DNA from: Eledone cirrhosa
Lineage: Eukaryota
Assembly: GCA_964016885.1 (NCBI GenBank)
Contig: OZ024740.1
Span: forward strand, 377,270,001-377,334,000
Length of the DNA stretch: 64,000 nt
Direction of reading: 5' to 3'
In this document: positions 1-15,850 of the stretch, one piece after another
Numbering within the stretch: the stretch's first letter is position 1
Layout: every line of letters starts with the position of its first letter
Notes under the pieces: generated by a model
The model's database searches: none
What the model saw: only the letters and a program-made list of their open reading frames with translations
Told to the model about the DNA's origin: nothing
Translations under genes and position numbers: made by a program

Positions 1-1754
1 TATGTAGGACCGTCTGCTGTTTTATGTAGGACCGTCTGGACCGTCTGCTGACACACATTGCAGATTGTGTTCTTCCTGAAAGTCAATCTGGTTTTCGTGC
101 TGGACGTGGCACTACTGATATGATATTCTCAGCTAGACAGCTCCAGGAGAAGTGCATGGAACAAGGCTTGGGTCTGTATCAGGTTTTTGTCGATCTGACA
201 AAAGCTTTCGATGCTGTTAACAGAGAGGCATTATGGAAGGTTCTCCAGAAACTTGGTTGCCCTGATAAGTTCCTTGCTTTAGTTAGGTCTTTCTATGAAG
301 ACATGAAGGCTTGGGTTAATGTCGGAGGTAACATGTCGGGGCCTATCTCAGTAAAAAATGGAGTGAAACAGTGGGATATTCCAGCACCGACCCTGTTTGC
401 CATATACTTTGTAATGGTTTTCTGTATTGCATTCAGGAATTGCGAGCATGGTGTTTAGATCCGATATCGAACCTCAGGCAGCATATTTAACATCAGGCGC
501 TTTGCTGCAAAGACAAAAGTATTTACATCAATTATAAGAGACCTCTTGTATGCAAATGATTGCGATCTTGTAGCGCACACAGAGAGTGATATGCAGCACA
601 TTTTGAAAGCATTTTCTGACGCTTGCACTGCTCTAGGATTGACTGTAAGTCTCAAGAAAACCGTCGTCATGTACTAACCTACCCCTGGTAAGTAGTACAC
701 TGAACCAAATATCTATGTGTATGGTAAACGACTTGGAGTGGTTGATCAGTTTGTCTACCTGGGAAGCACTGTCAATCGATACAGCAACCTTGACAGTGAA
801 ATCTCACTTAGAATTAGGATAGCAAGTGATGCTTTCGGAAAGCTAGAAAGGCGACTCTGGGGTCGGCGAGACATATGCAGGAGGATAAAGGTAAAGGTGT
901 ACAAGACATGTGTGCTCTCTTGTCTTCTTTATGCCTGCGAGACCTGGGTCACATATCGACACCACCTTAAGCAATTGGAGCGTTTCCATTAGATGTGACT
1001 CAGACGGATCCATGGCGTTCACTGGAGGGACCACATCAGTGATGTCGAGATTTTGGAAAGCTCTATGTGTGACAGTATAGAAGCTCTTGTGCTTAAGCAA
1101 CGACTCCGTTGGAGTGGTCACCTTGCTAGGATGAAGGATTCTAGAATACCAAAACAACTCTTTTATGGAGAGTTGGTTAAAGGAAAACGACCGCCACATA
1201 AACCAAAAAAGAGGTATAAGGATTCCTTGAAAGCCTCTTTGAAAGATGCTAACATCTCTGCTGATACATGGGAAAATATTGCTGCTGATCGTAATAAATG
1301 GAGAAAGACTGTATATGAGGGAAAAGTTGCCTTTAAGGCATCTCGAATCGCATACGAGAAAGTAAAGCGGGATGTGAGGAAGGGCATTTCTGTTGCACTT
1401 CCAGACGGCGAGGGTCCTCCTATGGTGCTGACATGCAGCGTCTGTGCGAGACTCTGCCTAAGCAAAGCTGGACTCGAAAGTAATCTTCGCAGTCATAAAG
1501 TAAGACCAGTGGTTGACTACCAGGCTGCTGTTGGAGATGCTGCTCATCATGCTTGCCAAACATGTGGTAGAGAATGTAAATCAGCAGGAGGGCTCAAGCG
1601 ACATGCAAAAGTACATGAACTCCAACCACAGCCGGCTATTCCCAGAGAATGTTTTGGTTGCCGACTCTGTGCAAGACATTTTTGATCATTGGCTGGGGTA
1701 AAAAGCCACATTCGATCGCAGCGCTGTTAGTTGCTATCGTGTGTGTGTGTGTGT

Positions 1755-1795
<41 letters not shown>

Positions 1796-1940
1796 TGTGT
1801 GTATATATGTATATGTATATGTGTATATATATATATATATATTTCTTTTTTTTATTTTTATTTTATTTTTTATTTATTTATAAAAAAATTTTTCTCCTGG
1901 TGCAATGGCCATACTCGATAACGAGGGGGCAGCCATCATA
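1..1940 (+). mobile_element. RTE-clade non-LTR retrotransposon, 3' part (decayed RT plus C-terminal C2H2 zinc fingers)
   Basis: ORFs 120-458 (FVDLTKAFD, GVKQ), 717-992 (FVYLGS, LLYACETW) and 1053-1685 (RLRWSGHLARM..RIPKQLFYGEL..GKRP, then CSVC/CQTC/CRLC fingers) are broken by stops and frameshifts. A 3' terminal stem-loop CTCG-ataa-CGAG near 1912-1925 is followed by (TA)n. Confidence 0.9.
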
Positions 1941-1956
1941 TATATATGTATGTATG

Positions 1957-1989
<33 letters not shown>

Positions 1990-1998
1990 ATATATATA

Positions 1999-2084
<86 letters not shown>

Positions 2085-2110
2085 TATACACATATATATA
2101 TATATATATA
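1741..2110. repeat. (GT)n/(TA)n compound microsatellite
   Basis: Direct inspection. Confidence 0.95.
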
Positions 2111-3127
2111 CTCCGGATTACTTTTGGAACTACAACTGGAACCGTCGAGCAAACTCTACGTGAGCTGATAATCTACTGTGTGTAATATTTATGTTACAAC
2201 ACAACGGAAAATACTGTATATATATATATATATAGTACCCCCACTCCCCCCTCCCCTAGTCCTTGATAGATTTGGCGGACTCCGCCCTTTATAGCAGTTG
2301 GCTTAGACCCCGGATACTTGCCCCCCTTTTCCGACCGCTCCCACTATTCTCTGTGCCCTCTATATTTCTTAGTGGCACTTATGCCTTATTTTTTCGTTTC
2401 AGTATTTCTTGCTTCGCTTTTCTTCTGGGCGGGGTGGATTCTGAACTTATTTCTCCGTATTCTACCTTTATTTCGTACGAACTTTCATGTAGCTTGTTTT
2501 AGATCTTTTAGAGTTAGCATTAGTATATATTTTTCCCGGGACTCAGAATTATTATGTCGTACAAGTTCACTTTGCTGCACTGGGTCGTTGCTGGCCCGGG
2601 ATGGAAACCTTTATTGTTTATTTCGTGGTAGTCTCTTTAGTATTTTGGCCCCTTTTGTTGACCAGTCACCGTATCATTTACGTACTTATACCTCTTAAAA
2701 GGGTCCTTGCCTAATTCGTCCCACCTAGTTCTTTTACTTATTTCCTTATTTATTTATTTATTTATTTATTTACTTCTTTCTTTCTTTCTTTATTTTATTC
2801 TCGCCTAACAATAGCCTGACACCTAGGTCGTAGAATTTAATTTTTTCTTTACACTTATTTGCTTTTCTTCACTCTCAGTATTTTTTCTTTCCTATTTTTA
2901 CCCCCCATTGTTCTACCTACCGTTCCGACTTCCTCCCCCTCCCCCTCCCCTGTATCTTCTTTGACCTCATGCCCAGCTGTAGCTGGCACTACCAACGCTT
3001 GATTGGGTCTACTCCACCCCCTCCCCTCTTTCTCCTACTGGCAGGTTTAGCCACCATCTCCCCTACTAATTTGCAACCACAGAATTACTACTGATTTTTG
3101 ACAATCACTTTGACCATATATGGAATT

Positions 3128-3221
3128 ACCCCTTGAGAAGATCGGCTATTTAAATACCAGGATAAATGTTCTTTTAGTCCAGAATTAGCCGTCGAAACGG
3201 CTTGAGCTCAGCTGTCGGGGT
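3128..3221 (+). ncRNA. Degenerate type-I hammerhead ribozyme in a PLE pseudo-LTR
   Basis: Stem I ACCCC/GGGGT, mutated core TTGAGAA, stem II CGGCTA..TAGCCG, then GAAAC-GGCTTGAGCTCAGCT-GTC. The same family recurs at 22901-23080. Confidence 0.6.
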
Positions 3222-3313
3222 CTTACTGGTTCCTATTACCCACTCTACTACCTCAAGTATTGAGTACTTTGGTGCGTTATGGTCCACCTGGTTCCTTACC
3301 ACATTTCCTTCGT

Positions 3314-4440
<1,127 letters not shown>

Positions 4441-4667
4441 ACAGGTAAGTATATATTACCTGCATGTTTTGTGAAGGCAACGTTTCCACGAACCAAAGTA
4501 TCGTCTTCCTGTCTTCTTTCGGTTGCAACGTTTTTTGAAATATTTACTTCTGCGTTTATAGATTGACTTTTTTTAGTTTCAGAAGATCCTCTTATGGGTG
4601 AAAGCAGCGATTCTTTACTTAAACATTAATCTGTTATTTTAATAAATATATATATATATATATATAT

Positions 4668-5312
4668 ATCATAAATCATGTCCCTAGAATTATTAGATAA
4701 AACATATACAATTTCCTCTCCCAATTAGCATAATTAACCATATAAAAATCAATTAGACCAGGCTATAAGAATAAAGACTCATGTGAAGAAATATTTGATA
4801 AATAACCGAAAGCAGCCTCTTCGCGGTTCACCAGTTAATTTTCCAAAGCGATCTCGCCAGAAATAGATTTAAAAAATGGCTATGGTCAATAGATTTAAAA
4901 ATGGCTATGGTCAATAGATTTAAAAAATGGCAGTGGTCAAGTTAGAAAGAATGTGATTAGTTGCTTATGGCGAGTAGGCTGGTTGCTAGAAAGCGCAGCC
5001 CAATATCGCCCAAATTGCATCTCAACCCAACGGGAGATTATTAAATATAAAAATTTACATATACATAAAGTCACAGATATATATGTGGCAACCGTTCACG
5101 ATGTGGCTCAATGAAGAATTAATAAATTAAATAATCATCGCAATATATCATAAATCATGTCCCTACAATTATTAGATAAAATATATACAATTTCCTCTCC
5201 CAATTAGCATAATTAACCATATAAAAATCAATTAGACCAGGCTATAAGAATAAAGACTCATATGAAGAAATATTTGATAAATAACCGAAAGCAACCTCTT
5301 CGCGGTTCACCA
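4668..5312. repeat. Direct repeat of ~165 bp (4668-4832 and 5147-5312) enclosing a 3x ~26-bp tandem (4862-4940)
   Basis: ATCATAAATCATGTCCCTA...TCTTCGCGGTTCACCA occurs twice; AATAGATTTAAAAAATGGCTATGGTC occurs three times. Confidence 0.85.
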
Positions 5313-5880
5313 CAATAGAGTATTTACCCAACATTTCAACAGCATGTAGAAACTGACCAAATATATCGTCAACCATACACAATTAGGTATAAATTTAAAG
5401 TTAGAAGAAATGTGCACATACCGTAATATATATATATGAGGTATACTTTTTTAATAGAAATACAATTTGGCTCACTATAAAAAGTTTTTCTCTCCTCCCG
5501 CTAGGTTCTTAGACCATTAGACAAATTACCGACCTGATGACAACATACAGATTAATAGTTTATTGACGTTTATAGTGTAAATAAAACTCGAAAAGAGAAA
5601 AAGTGGCCTGTCTAATTTTCACAAATCTCCATGCACTGGCAACATCAATTGATTAATTAATAGTGTACTACACAGTAATTTGTCAATAATTTTAGATAAC
5701 TTGGTAATATAATTAGTCTCTGGCATGACTATGTGTTTAAGGAATTTACTTTGTAGCAATGTAGTTCTGGATTTAGTCCGACTACGTAGCACCTTCAGCA
5801 AGTGCCATCTACTATAGTCTCGGATTAACCAATGCCTTGTGAGGGGTATTTGGTAGACGAAAATTGCAGAAGCCGTCTTA

Positions 5881-5968
<88 letters not shown>

Positions 5969-8223
5969 GATGAGCAGTCACTTGGCTCTTCGATAAAATA
6001 AGTATTGGGGTTGATATGACCAAGGCGGTACCCCAACTTGAACACAGCCTAATGACTAAGGCCAGCGAAAAATTAAAAGAATGCAATTCAAAGTCATAGT
6101 TAAAAAATAAAATGTTTTACTACAAGATTTTATGTCACCAATAGCAGAGAAAAGCTTCAATCAGATAAGTTTCCATATGAATCTAATTTTAATTCTGAAA
6201 GTAAGGTGGAGAATTGGTAGAGACGTTAGGGTGTCGAATATAAAAAAATCCTCAGTATTTATTCCAGATCCTTTCGTTTTCAGTGCAAATGTCATTGAGG
6301 TCAACTTTGCATTTCATCAGTTTGTAGTCGATAAATCAAGTCCAGTACTAAGGTTGATAGGTCCTCTCTCTGAAACTTGCTCTGCAAGAAATCGGCTATG
6401 TTCTGTCCAGGTTTAAAAGGCTCATGATATGCCGTGTGTCAAGATGGTGCCCCTACGTCTCTATCAGGAGTTAAGGGCTTTTTATCATATTTTGTAAATG
6501 CTAAAAGTAATTGGAACAATAAATATAACAGTAATTGTAACCGTGTGTTCCAGTTATTCAAATAACGAAATAGACTGCTCGTGAAATTATGTGTAAGCGG
6601 ATAAACATTCCACAGACACGCGAACCCGAGTATATTTCTCAAGGAGATTCATCGTCACACATTGTGACACATTGTGAGTAATAACACGTTTACTCATTTT
6701 CTAGCTGAATATACTACATCAACGGGAAATAAAATGTCTTGCTCTAGGTCACAACGAATCGTCAAAAATTGAACTAACGCCTTGCCATATGTAAATACGC
6801 CTTCTCATGCATGCAAATGTAACCGTATCTGCAAATGTAACTGTAAAAGTACATGTAAATGTCAGTAAAATTAAATTATAATAACTGTAACTGAAGTGTA
6901 GATGTGAGTATCACGAACTGTAAATCCAATTATAAATATAGTGATAGCTATAAATATTACTATACAACTATGTCACTGCAAATGTAAAGATATATGGAAG
7001 TGTATATATAACAGTCAATAAATATAATTGGAACTATAAATGAAAAAGGAACTGTGAATTTTTAATGAAAATTCAAATTTAATGGTAACTATAAGTGAAA
7101 CATTAAATATAGATATACATATTACTGTTAAGGTAACTCTAGAACGTTGGATAGAATCTTTTTCATGGTATCTGTTCTCACTATCTGCTCACTGAGTTCA
7201 AATCCCATTAAGTTCAGCTTTGCTTTTCTTCCTTTCGAGGTCGATTAAAAATTTCCAGTTCAGTACATGGATAGACTCCCTCTCTCTCTCTCTCTCTGGA
7301 AGATATTGGCTATGCTCAGTCACGGAAAGGGGAAGTCCTCCACTAGGTTTGTGTCATGATCGTACTCCACTCTCTGGCTCCATTGTGAGTTCCGGGTCCA
7401 TACACGTGGAAATGCAGGTGTAAATTATAAATATAAGTGTACATGTGAAATGCAAATGTAACTACGTGTGTAACAAAATACATATATGTATGTGACTATG
7501 TCCGTAAATGTCACTGTAGATATATGTACAGTGTGTTTGTAACAGGTAGATGCAATTGCATGTGCAACTACATTTATATGAATATGTAAATATTACTGTA
7601 AATGTAACATGTAAATCTTATAAATGTATCTGTGTAGACATATAACTGTGTAAATTTAAATCGAACTGAAAATAGAAATATAGAATTAGCTGTAAAGGTA
7701 AGATTGAATGTGAATGACACTGCGCGTTTACATGTAGCTATATTTCTGAATATAATTTTACATATAAATTAAATTGTAAATATAAATGACACTTAATTAT
7801 AAATGTAATTCTAAATATAACTATGAAAGCATTTGTAACTGTACATGTTCAAATAACAGAAAATATAACTTTAACTATACCTCTAACTGAAATTCTTGAC
7901 CGACCGCTTTCTTTGCATCCGCCTGTGGAAGGGACCCGGTAAGGTAGAGTAGCTGATGTAGTGGGTGTTGCTGGCTGTTCTCCGTGGTAATGTCGTCTCC
8001 ATTTTCGGATCGCAGCTGAGATAGCCTAGACCGGGGTGTAGAGTCTGCCCCCCCCCCCCCAGTCCTTTACTTTCGCTATTCTATTTTCTCTTTCTTTTAC
8101 ATTTTCTTCTTTCCTCGTTTTTTTTTTCATTAATATGCAAACATTAATAAATTGTAAATTTATTTCTTTTAATTTTATGTATAAACCAAAATCTATATGT
8201 AAGTGTATGTAACCATTAACAAT

Positions 8224-8438
8224 GGTTTCTGATTTAGGCACAAGGCGAACAATTTTAGGGGAGGGAAAAGTCGATTGAATCAACCCCAGTGCATTACTGG
8301 TGCTTTATTTTATCGACCCCGTAAGGATGAAAGGCAAAGCTAACCTCGGCGGGATTTGAACTCAGACCGTAAAGGGACGTAACTCTTTTTTGTAAAGCAT
8401 GACGTCCGATGCTCTACCGATACTGCCAATCCACCGCC
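8224..8438 (-). mobile_element. tRNA-derived SINE (octopod-type)
   Basis: The reverse complement carries A-box-like TGGCAGTATCGG and B-box GAGTTCAAATCCC; homologous to 37962-38146 and 45113-45290. Confidence 0.85.
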
Positions 8439-9149
8439 CTTATGTAATCGTTAATAATGTAACTATATGTTAATAATGTGAATATATCTGTGAATTTTAA
8501 TGTGTGAATGTAAATATAAGTGTAATTATTACATACTAACAGAAAAACCATCCGAAGGGTGGTTTTTCTGCTAGCATGTGTAGTGTGTATTTTGATATTA
8601 TACGCAGGTATATATACATGTAGATATGATACATCAAATAAAATCGTAATTGACAATATATAATACATAGAAATTGAACGAAGAGTGCGTTACACTGTCT
8701 TATTTAATCAGTAACGTAATCCATGATCATTAAAAAAGACGATATTATATATAAACTGCATTAGGAGAAAATGAGTGACAGAAAATTAGTATGTTTATTT
8801 AAGCGATGGCCAACCTGAAGTGTTGACATTTCAGAAATTTTAAAGAAGTGAATCTTTAAATAAACAAAATATATTTAATCAACCGCCACGAAATTTAGTA
8901 CATAAGAGGAACGATCGACATTCGTCAAATCGAACCGAGGGAACAATGTTTCCGTTGGTCTTTCCAATTGCTAATACTATCTATCGGTCGCAACTCCAGG
9001 TAGAATAAATGATGTAATATTCATTCATTATTTATTCAAAGTAATCCAACTTATTTTACTAATGGGATAAACAAATTATAAACCGTACGCAGTCCCGCGC
9101 TCCTTACTTTATTATAGTTTAGATGTATTCATAACTCCAAATGAAGTCG

Positions 9150-9560
9150 TAGGCCGCTTGTATTCGCGATCGTATTATTTCAGTCATTACCCAAGATTCA
9201 TGACCATAGGTAAGGACTGGCTCGAATACTGAATTGAAGATAGTGAGTTTGACTTTTACACCTACCTTCCTTCTGATGACCGACTGCTAAAACTCTCGAA
9301 TTACTGCACCAGTTCCTGCAATTCTTGCACTTAATTCAGCCTCCTGCCTTCCATCTCTCGTGAACACGGCCCCGAGATACTTAAACTTCTTGACCTGCTT
9401 CAGTGGAACTCCATTCACATGTAAAATGTACTGCGCATGCTTCCTTGACATGACGAATGTCCAGTCCAAAGTCTTCGCAACACTGATTTTCATTCCTGCC
9501 GTGCAGCACTCGGCAGTAAACCTATAAAGCGCATGTCAAAAATCACCTTCTGGCGTGTTG
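9150..9560 (-). mobile_element. RTE-like LINE RT fragment
   Basis: ORF 9287-9493 (MKISVAKT..LKQVKKFKYLG..ARI) continues into an LTYGHESWVMT motif. Confidence 0.75.
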
Positions 9561-9999
9561 AAAAGCATTGAAAACATTTGGAATACATGCGTCTTAACGA
9601 TAGTTGATCACTATTAATAATTGCTGTGAAACTATTTGGAAACGGAACAAAGTTAACGATTCACAATGCTTCTTAAGTCAATCAGTTGTTTACATATCTG
9701 GGTATAGGTTTAAAACCTAAAATGATTGAATAAATGGTCAGCAGCTCTTTAGCGTAGTCAATGGATCACTCTTAAACAAATAGCTGAACTAATCACAATA
9801 TATAAATACGTAATATACAAAACGTACCTCAACCACAAAACCGTACATGACACCAGAGTACATATTTAGGCTGGTATCTAACAAAACACTACATAAATGT
9901 TTGAGTCATATTTTGTTTGGATAGTTAGTGTGCACTGCTACATATATGTACATAATTTCTCTAATTACTGGTGGACCAAGTATGCTTCACTAATAGGCG

Positions 10000-11132
10000 G
10001 AACTCATTATTAAGCCTCTCGGTTAAAGTCTATGCTAAGATTCTAACAAAGAGAGATAGGAATATTGCCAAGTCCATCTAGCTGAGGAACAGTGTGGTCC
10101 TACCCTGGACGCAACACAGCCAACTAAATATTCACACTGCGGCAGGTCATTGCAAACTCGCGGGAGTACTGCCAAGGGTTATATTCTTGCTTCGTAGACC
10201 TCAAAAAGGCATACGACCATGTTCCACAGCAGCTGTTGTGGAAGGTTCTGGGTGAATATGGGATCGATGGACAGCTTCTTATTGCGCTGATGTCTCTGTA
10301 TGAATGCCCCTGTATTTGTGTTCGAATAAATGGTGGGAAGTTGAAACCATTCAATGTGGTAGATGGGGTCCGCCAGTGGTGCGCACTCTCACCTCTCCTC
10401 TTCATTATATTCATAAACTGGATTGACATGCGCAGCCAGGTTGGATGTGATATCTCGGTGTAGGATCCGTCGGCTGGAATTTGCAGACGACGTGGCATTC
10501 CTTAACTCGTCAGAAAATGATCTCCGAAAGGCACTTGATAGCGTTGTTGCTGAGTGCTGCACGCTTGAAAGAAATTCAGAGCTGCGAAGACTGAGACACT
10601 CGAACTCTCAAGGAAACCTGCGCAGTAAACACCGCATTTGAGTGGAGTTCTATTGATGCAGATGCAGATGGTCAAGTATTTCGGGCTGGGATCACGAGTC
10701 ATGGAAGAATTGCAAGATGTATGTGTAGAAACCAAACTCGCTATCTTCAATTCGATATTCGAGCCAAATTTTAACTTTGGTCATGAATCTTGAGTAATGT
10801 CCGAAAGAATACGATCACTAATACAAGCGCCCGGAATGGGTTTCCTCCGAAGGGATATCGGAGTAATGTTACTCGATAGAGTGCTTAGCTTGGAGATTAG
10901 AGAGTCACTCCAGGTAGAGCCGCTAATTCTCCGAATTGAAACAACACAGCGCCGCTACTACGGGCATGTGATTAGATTGTCTCCTGAGAGTATCGCTGGA
11001 CAGATTTTACGGGAAAAACCAACCAGCATGAGTCCTAGGGGTCGGCCCCGAGCATAATGATTGGTAACGGTTTCTCCTGACAGGACTCGAAGGCATATTT
11101 GATGACTCTGCCTCTACGATCCTCTCACGACC

Positions 11133-11166
<34 letters not shown>

Positions 11167-11220
11167 GAAGAAGAAGAAGAAGAAGAAGAAGAAGAAGAAG
11201 AAGAAGAAGAAGAAGAAGAC
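10000..11220 (+). mobile_element. Decayed RTE-like LINE RT with poly(A)/(GAA)n tail
   Basis: Motifs FVDLKKAYD, GVRQWCALSPLLF, FADD and RYYGHVIR..PRGRPR; A-run and (GAA)n at 11135-11220. Confidence 0.85.
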
Positions 11221-11589
11221 CTAAATACTTGAAATAAGTTAATTTCTAATATAATATGATAGAAGCTAAGTGGGTTGAAATAGACAAAAAATCAGGAAAC
11301 CACTAACAACGTACCGAGCAACCACTTCAAATCAGAGATAGACAGAATAAACATACCCTACACACACGCGAGACATAAAATATCAATATTTGAAATGAAA
11401 GATATTTAGAAACATACAGAGAATTATGAAAAACAACAAAAAATGTTATAGAAGTACAAAACTGAAGTACGAAACTGAAACCATCTACGTTGAAGCACTA
11501 AATGTAAACAGCTCCACAACAAACATAATTAAAGAGACAAAAAACAACATGAAAACGGATATAAGATACAGTCAAGGAGAAATTATTAG

Positions 11590-12930
11590 AAAAATCACTC
11601 CGTGGCCAATACCTGCAAAGGTCGACAGAGAAGTAAGACAAAGTGAAAGACAATAATGGCTTAAAAGCTCTGGACAAAACGCAGAATCGGAAGGACCAAT
11701 ATCCGACCACAAATAACTATATAAACAAAACAGTGAAATTTGAGCTAAACGCACATTTCCTTAGCAGTTCCAGTTTTGAGTTATAGCTTCATTGTGTTTA
11801 ACTGAAATATCGGCAAATAAAGAGAATTGGCACAAACAATTGTAAGTTGCTGATTTGTAATAAAATTCACCACCCAAAGGCAAATGTAGATCGTTTATAT
11901 CTTCTCATAGCTGAATGGGGCGGAGGCCTGACCCAGTTTGAATTGTCTGACAAAACCACCATAATTGAACTGGCCAAATATTTTGAAACAACAAATGACT
12001 GAATGCTAAAACTCGTTCAAAAACATGAAAGGAGTATGTGGCTTCATTCTATCTTGAAAGAGAGCAAAAACTTTGCTACTAATCTCATAACTGTTATCCA
12101 GGCTGGACAGACCGAGTGAACTGTGACAACAGTTGTTTCAAAGGAAGTAAAATTAATGGCTAAGAAAAAGGAGCATGAAAAATTAGCATCGAGATGGAAG
12201 CAGAAACCTCTGCATGGCAAATATGTGTCCCGTAGCAAACAAGCTGATGTTGACCAGAGGTCCATTCATCCGTGGCTACGTAGCTCAGAACTAAAGACAG
12301 AGTGTGAAGGCTTCATCTTAGGTGCTTAAGATCAAAGCTTTTTAACTCGGAACTATCAAGCCAATATGATGAGAAATGGAGCTGATCAAAAGTGCGAATT
12401 CTGCAATGATGAGATTGAAACAGTGAACCACTTAATCTCTGGATGTAAAGTTTTAGCACTAGTGGAGATAAATCAAGGAATGACAGAGTTGGCCAATATC
12501 TACACTGGTTAATATGCCGGCATTATAAAATCAAAATTGCTGACAAATGGTATAAGCATCACCTCGAGGCTGTAACTGAAGGTGGGGATATAACAATTAT
12601 TTGGGTCTTTCCATATATATATATATATATGTATATATATAGACAGAACCATCAAAGCTAATATACCCAATATTATTGTAAAAGGCCAAAATAACAGTAT
12701 GTTCATTGATTGGTATGAGCATCCCATGTGATCACAATATTGCGGGAAAAGAATTTTACAAGCTAAGAATATATAAAGATTTACTCATTGAAATTTGAGG
12801 AATATTGCATCTCTAGGTGGTTACAATACCAGTGATTGAGTACTAGGAATTATCAAAAAGGAACAGAAAATTACATTGTTTTAACTGGTACGGTACACGT
12901 ATTCAGAAGAGCATTATCGGTATGAGAATG
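11590..12930 (+). mobile_element. R4/Dong-like non-LTR retrotransposon, 3' part with CCHC knuckle and restriction-like endonuclease (decayed)
   Basis: HPKANVDRLY, WKQKPLHGKY, WLRSSELKTECEGFI, CEFC..ETVNHLISGC, DRTIKAN-P, IPCD and YKDL motifs across frames. A second WLKSSG..ESEG fragment lies near 11658-11695, and a (TA)n is inserted at 12613-12640. Confidence 0.75.
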
Positions 12931-15604
12931 ATAATCATCTCTGTATTTTTGTACATAACTTTATTATATTCCATAATTATGCAGGTTGTAAATAATCGAA
13001 CACTCTTATATGATTTATTATCATTATGTTGTAAATATGATTGTAGACAGATAATGTGTACATGTATAACGCAAATAATAAACTTGTAAATGTGAAATTA
13101 TTTAAATATACTTTTGCCTTGACGCTCTTATCACAAAATCCTTGACACGATAGCAATAGTACTATCTAATGTGTTTAGCGGCATATAATGATCTTATATT
13201 TTCGAATTGGAAAATAGACAATAATAGAAACAGCAAAGAACATTCACGACATAAAATAAATTGCAATTGATTCAACTAAAAATCTAAAATTGCAATAGAA
13301 TTTTGAAAACTCTTTGTCGTGCTCGACGGCCTAGACAATTGTAGTCATGATTCTCTCAAATCAAACCTGCTGCCTTAATAATTGCAGAACACATTGCATA
13401 AAGCTGTTTGAAAAAATACGTAATACCCGATTAGTGCTGAACTGCAGGTAATAAACAGCTTCAATAAAAAAAATCCAGTGGAGATCCAGTTTAAGTCTCT
13501 TTTAGCAAACTAATTAATATAAAGGTAAGTTATGAGCAAAACCAGGATAAAAATAAAACAAAGATATGAATAATAGAAATTAAAAACAAATAACATATAA
13601 ATAGAACAAGGAACAAGAATACAAATGCAATATTATTGTGATGTGGTGAAAAAAGATGATAAATCGAGGTTTCAAGCGGCATCCGTTCGTCACGAAACAA
13701 AACAAGCGGAGGCATAAAATATGATGTTGTGTCATATATTTAAGCATTCTTGAATGGCAGAAGGGCCATAGCGGACTAAACAAAAATGTTTGGGGACAAG
13801 ACTAAAGAGCGTGCAGTTAAAGAATTAAGCATGTAGTTAAATGAAATGGAGTAGGTTTAAGCGTGGCAAAATGTGCTAAGGTGACATGAAGTTTGAGTAA
13901 AGTATGTGCTTATGAAGGAATAGGGAATTGAGTGTATGACCTAGGTTATGTATGTGTATAAGTAGTAAGGTAAAGATGCCATAGTGTGTGAAAGTGTATG
14001 AGTAGAGAAGACACTTGTTGAGGAGTAAGTATGCAGAATCTGAGTGCATGAGAGGGAAAGCAGTGCTGAAGTTTATATAAATTTATATGTGTGTGAATGT
14101 AGATAGAAAGGATTAATGTGAAAAGCTGATATAGACATTTATTAATACACGCATGCTAGGTTATTTTAGATCAAGGCTAGTTAGCTATTAATACTGGCAA
14201 AGTCAACTGTGTAAGCGGGATAGTGAATATTGTTTAGCCTGAAACATGTCACAAGAATAGTATTATGATGTGTAGTTCCTCTTATATCATGACACATGCA
14301 GGGGTGATCGTGGGATTTGATGTGGTGGAACACAGATATTTGATATTGTTGCCTGAGACTTCCAATACACGTACCTACACACGAGAAGTTTATTTTTGGA
14401 GTAGTAAATATCATTGTTGATGTGCAGGTGATGCCATCATTGACCCCTCTAAAGACACACACAAGCATACACACGGATATTAATAAACGCTTACATAACA
14501 TATGCATTTCACTCCAGCTTTCAATCAGCACACACACACACACACACTTAACCACCATTTTTCGACGCAGACGCTCACACACTATACACACTCACACGAC
14601 ATACTCCACAGCACCCACGAATTACTTTACACACACACACACACACGGTATGATGCATAAACCGTCAACTAACACTTTTTAAGTTGTCATATACAAATAT
14701 ACAAACACAGTCGCAGACAACATTACTCATATACTTAACCCATTATTTGCCCATAGACTCATACATAAAAACATACTTCCCACATACACTAATTCACATC
14801 ACCACCTTCTCCCTCGGTTGTCTATGAATGCATAAACATAATTCACCTCTTTCCGTTTCACTACATCCTCCCACGTTTGTCGCACTAATCTAACACCTAC
14901 ACTCATTCGCTTAGAAATGTTCTATTAATACCACCCCCATCCTCCACACACACATTTTATAATAAATTATCTTCAATTGATATTTTTGGAGTTGTCGTTT
15001 TAGTTTTGTTAATGTTGTTCATTTTGATTACAATAAATTTAACAAATCGCAAATTCAGCTAAATTTAACAATGCGTAAAATATAACGTGAGAGTTTAAGC
15101 TTAAAACGATGTTTCGTCGTCTAGATATTATTTTTACTATAATTTCATAGAAGAATTAAATAGGAACTGTCCAGTTGTAATTGATGTTGGGTTATACGGT
15201 ATTTACATGTAGTATTTGCTACGCGATTTTAATGGAATATTATAACCAAAAACCATAATTAGATTCTTAATTAAATATCAAGTATTTATTCTAATACCAC
15301 ACCCACTCACATAGTCTGATATGTGATGTACACCACATATACTTACATAATTCTGTCGAAATTGTAATCTAACATGTTATCAAATATTTCCAATAAATAC
15401 GCTTCGTACACATACACCTCCATTTTAAATCTCATCAAGTGACAGCGAAAATTAATGCATTACATTTATATAACATACTTCATATACGACATGTGATCTA
15501 AAGTGTTATGACATTGCTCAAAGAAAACAAGGTTATTATACGCTCATTCTCATACACAGAGTGTGAATAGAACATTTTGTCGTAGACGTTTATCATTGAG
15601 AAAC

Positions 15605-15746
<142 letters not shown>

Positions 15747-15850
15747 TACGTGTGTATTCTATCAGCTTATTACAAGAATTACGAGAGAATTCAATGAAAT
15801 TGAGCTGCGAGCGTTATACATTGAATCATATACGAATTGTTCATGTAAAT

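Noticed and set aside
4862-4940. CRISPR-like short repeats
   Set aside because: Contiguous tandem copies without spacers, eukaryotic context and no cas genes
6780-8640. Coding potential or a specific element in the TGTAAAT/GTAACT-rich stretch
   Set aside because: Looks like a degenerate simple-repeat region with SINE insertions; no protein motif was recognised
13655-13705. Possible minus-strand HHR (GTGACGA..GAAAC)
   Set aside because: The core is mutated and no stem I or stem III pairing was found; too weak to call
14181-14682. Short ORFs as host exons
   Set aside because: No recognisable domain, CA-rich low complexity and no supportable splice structure
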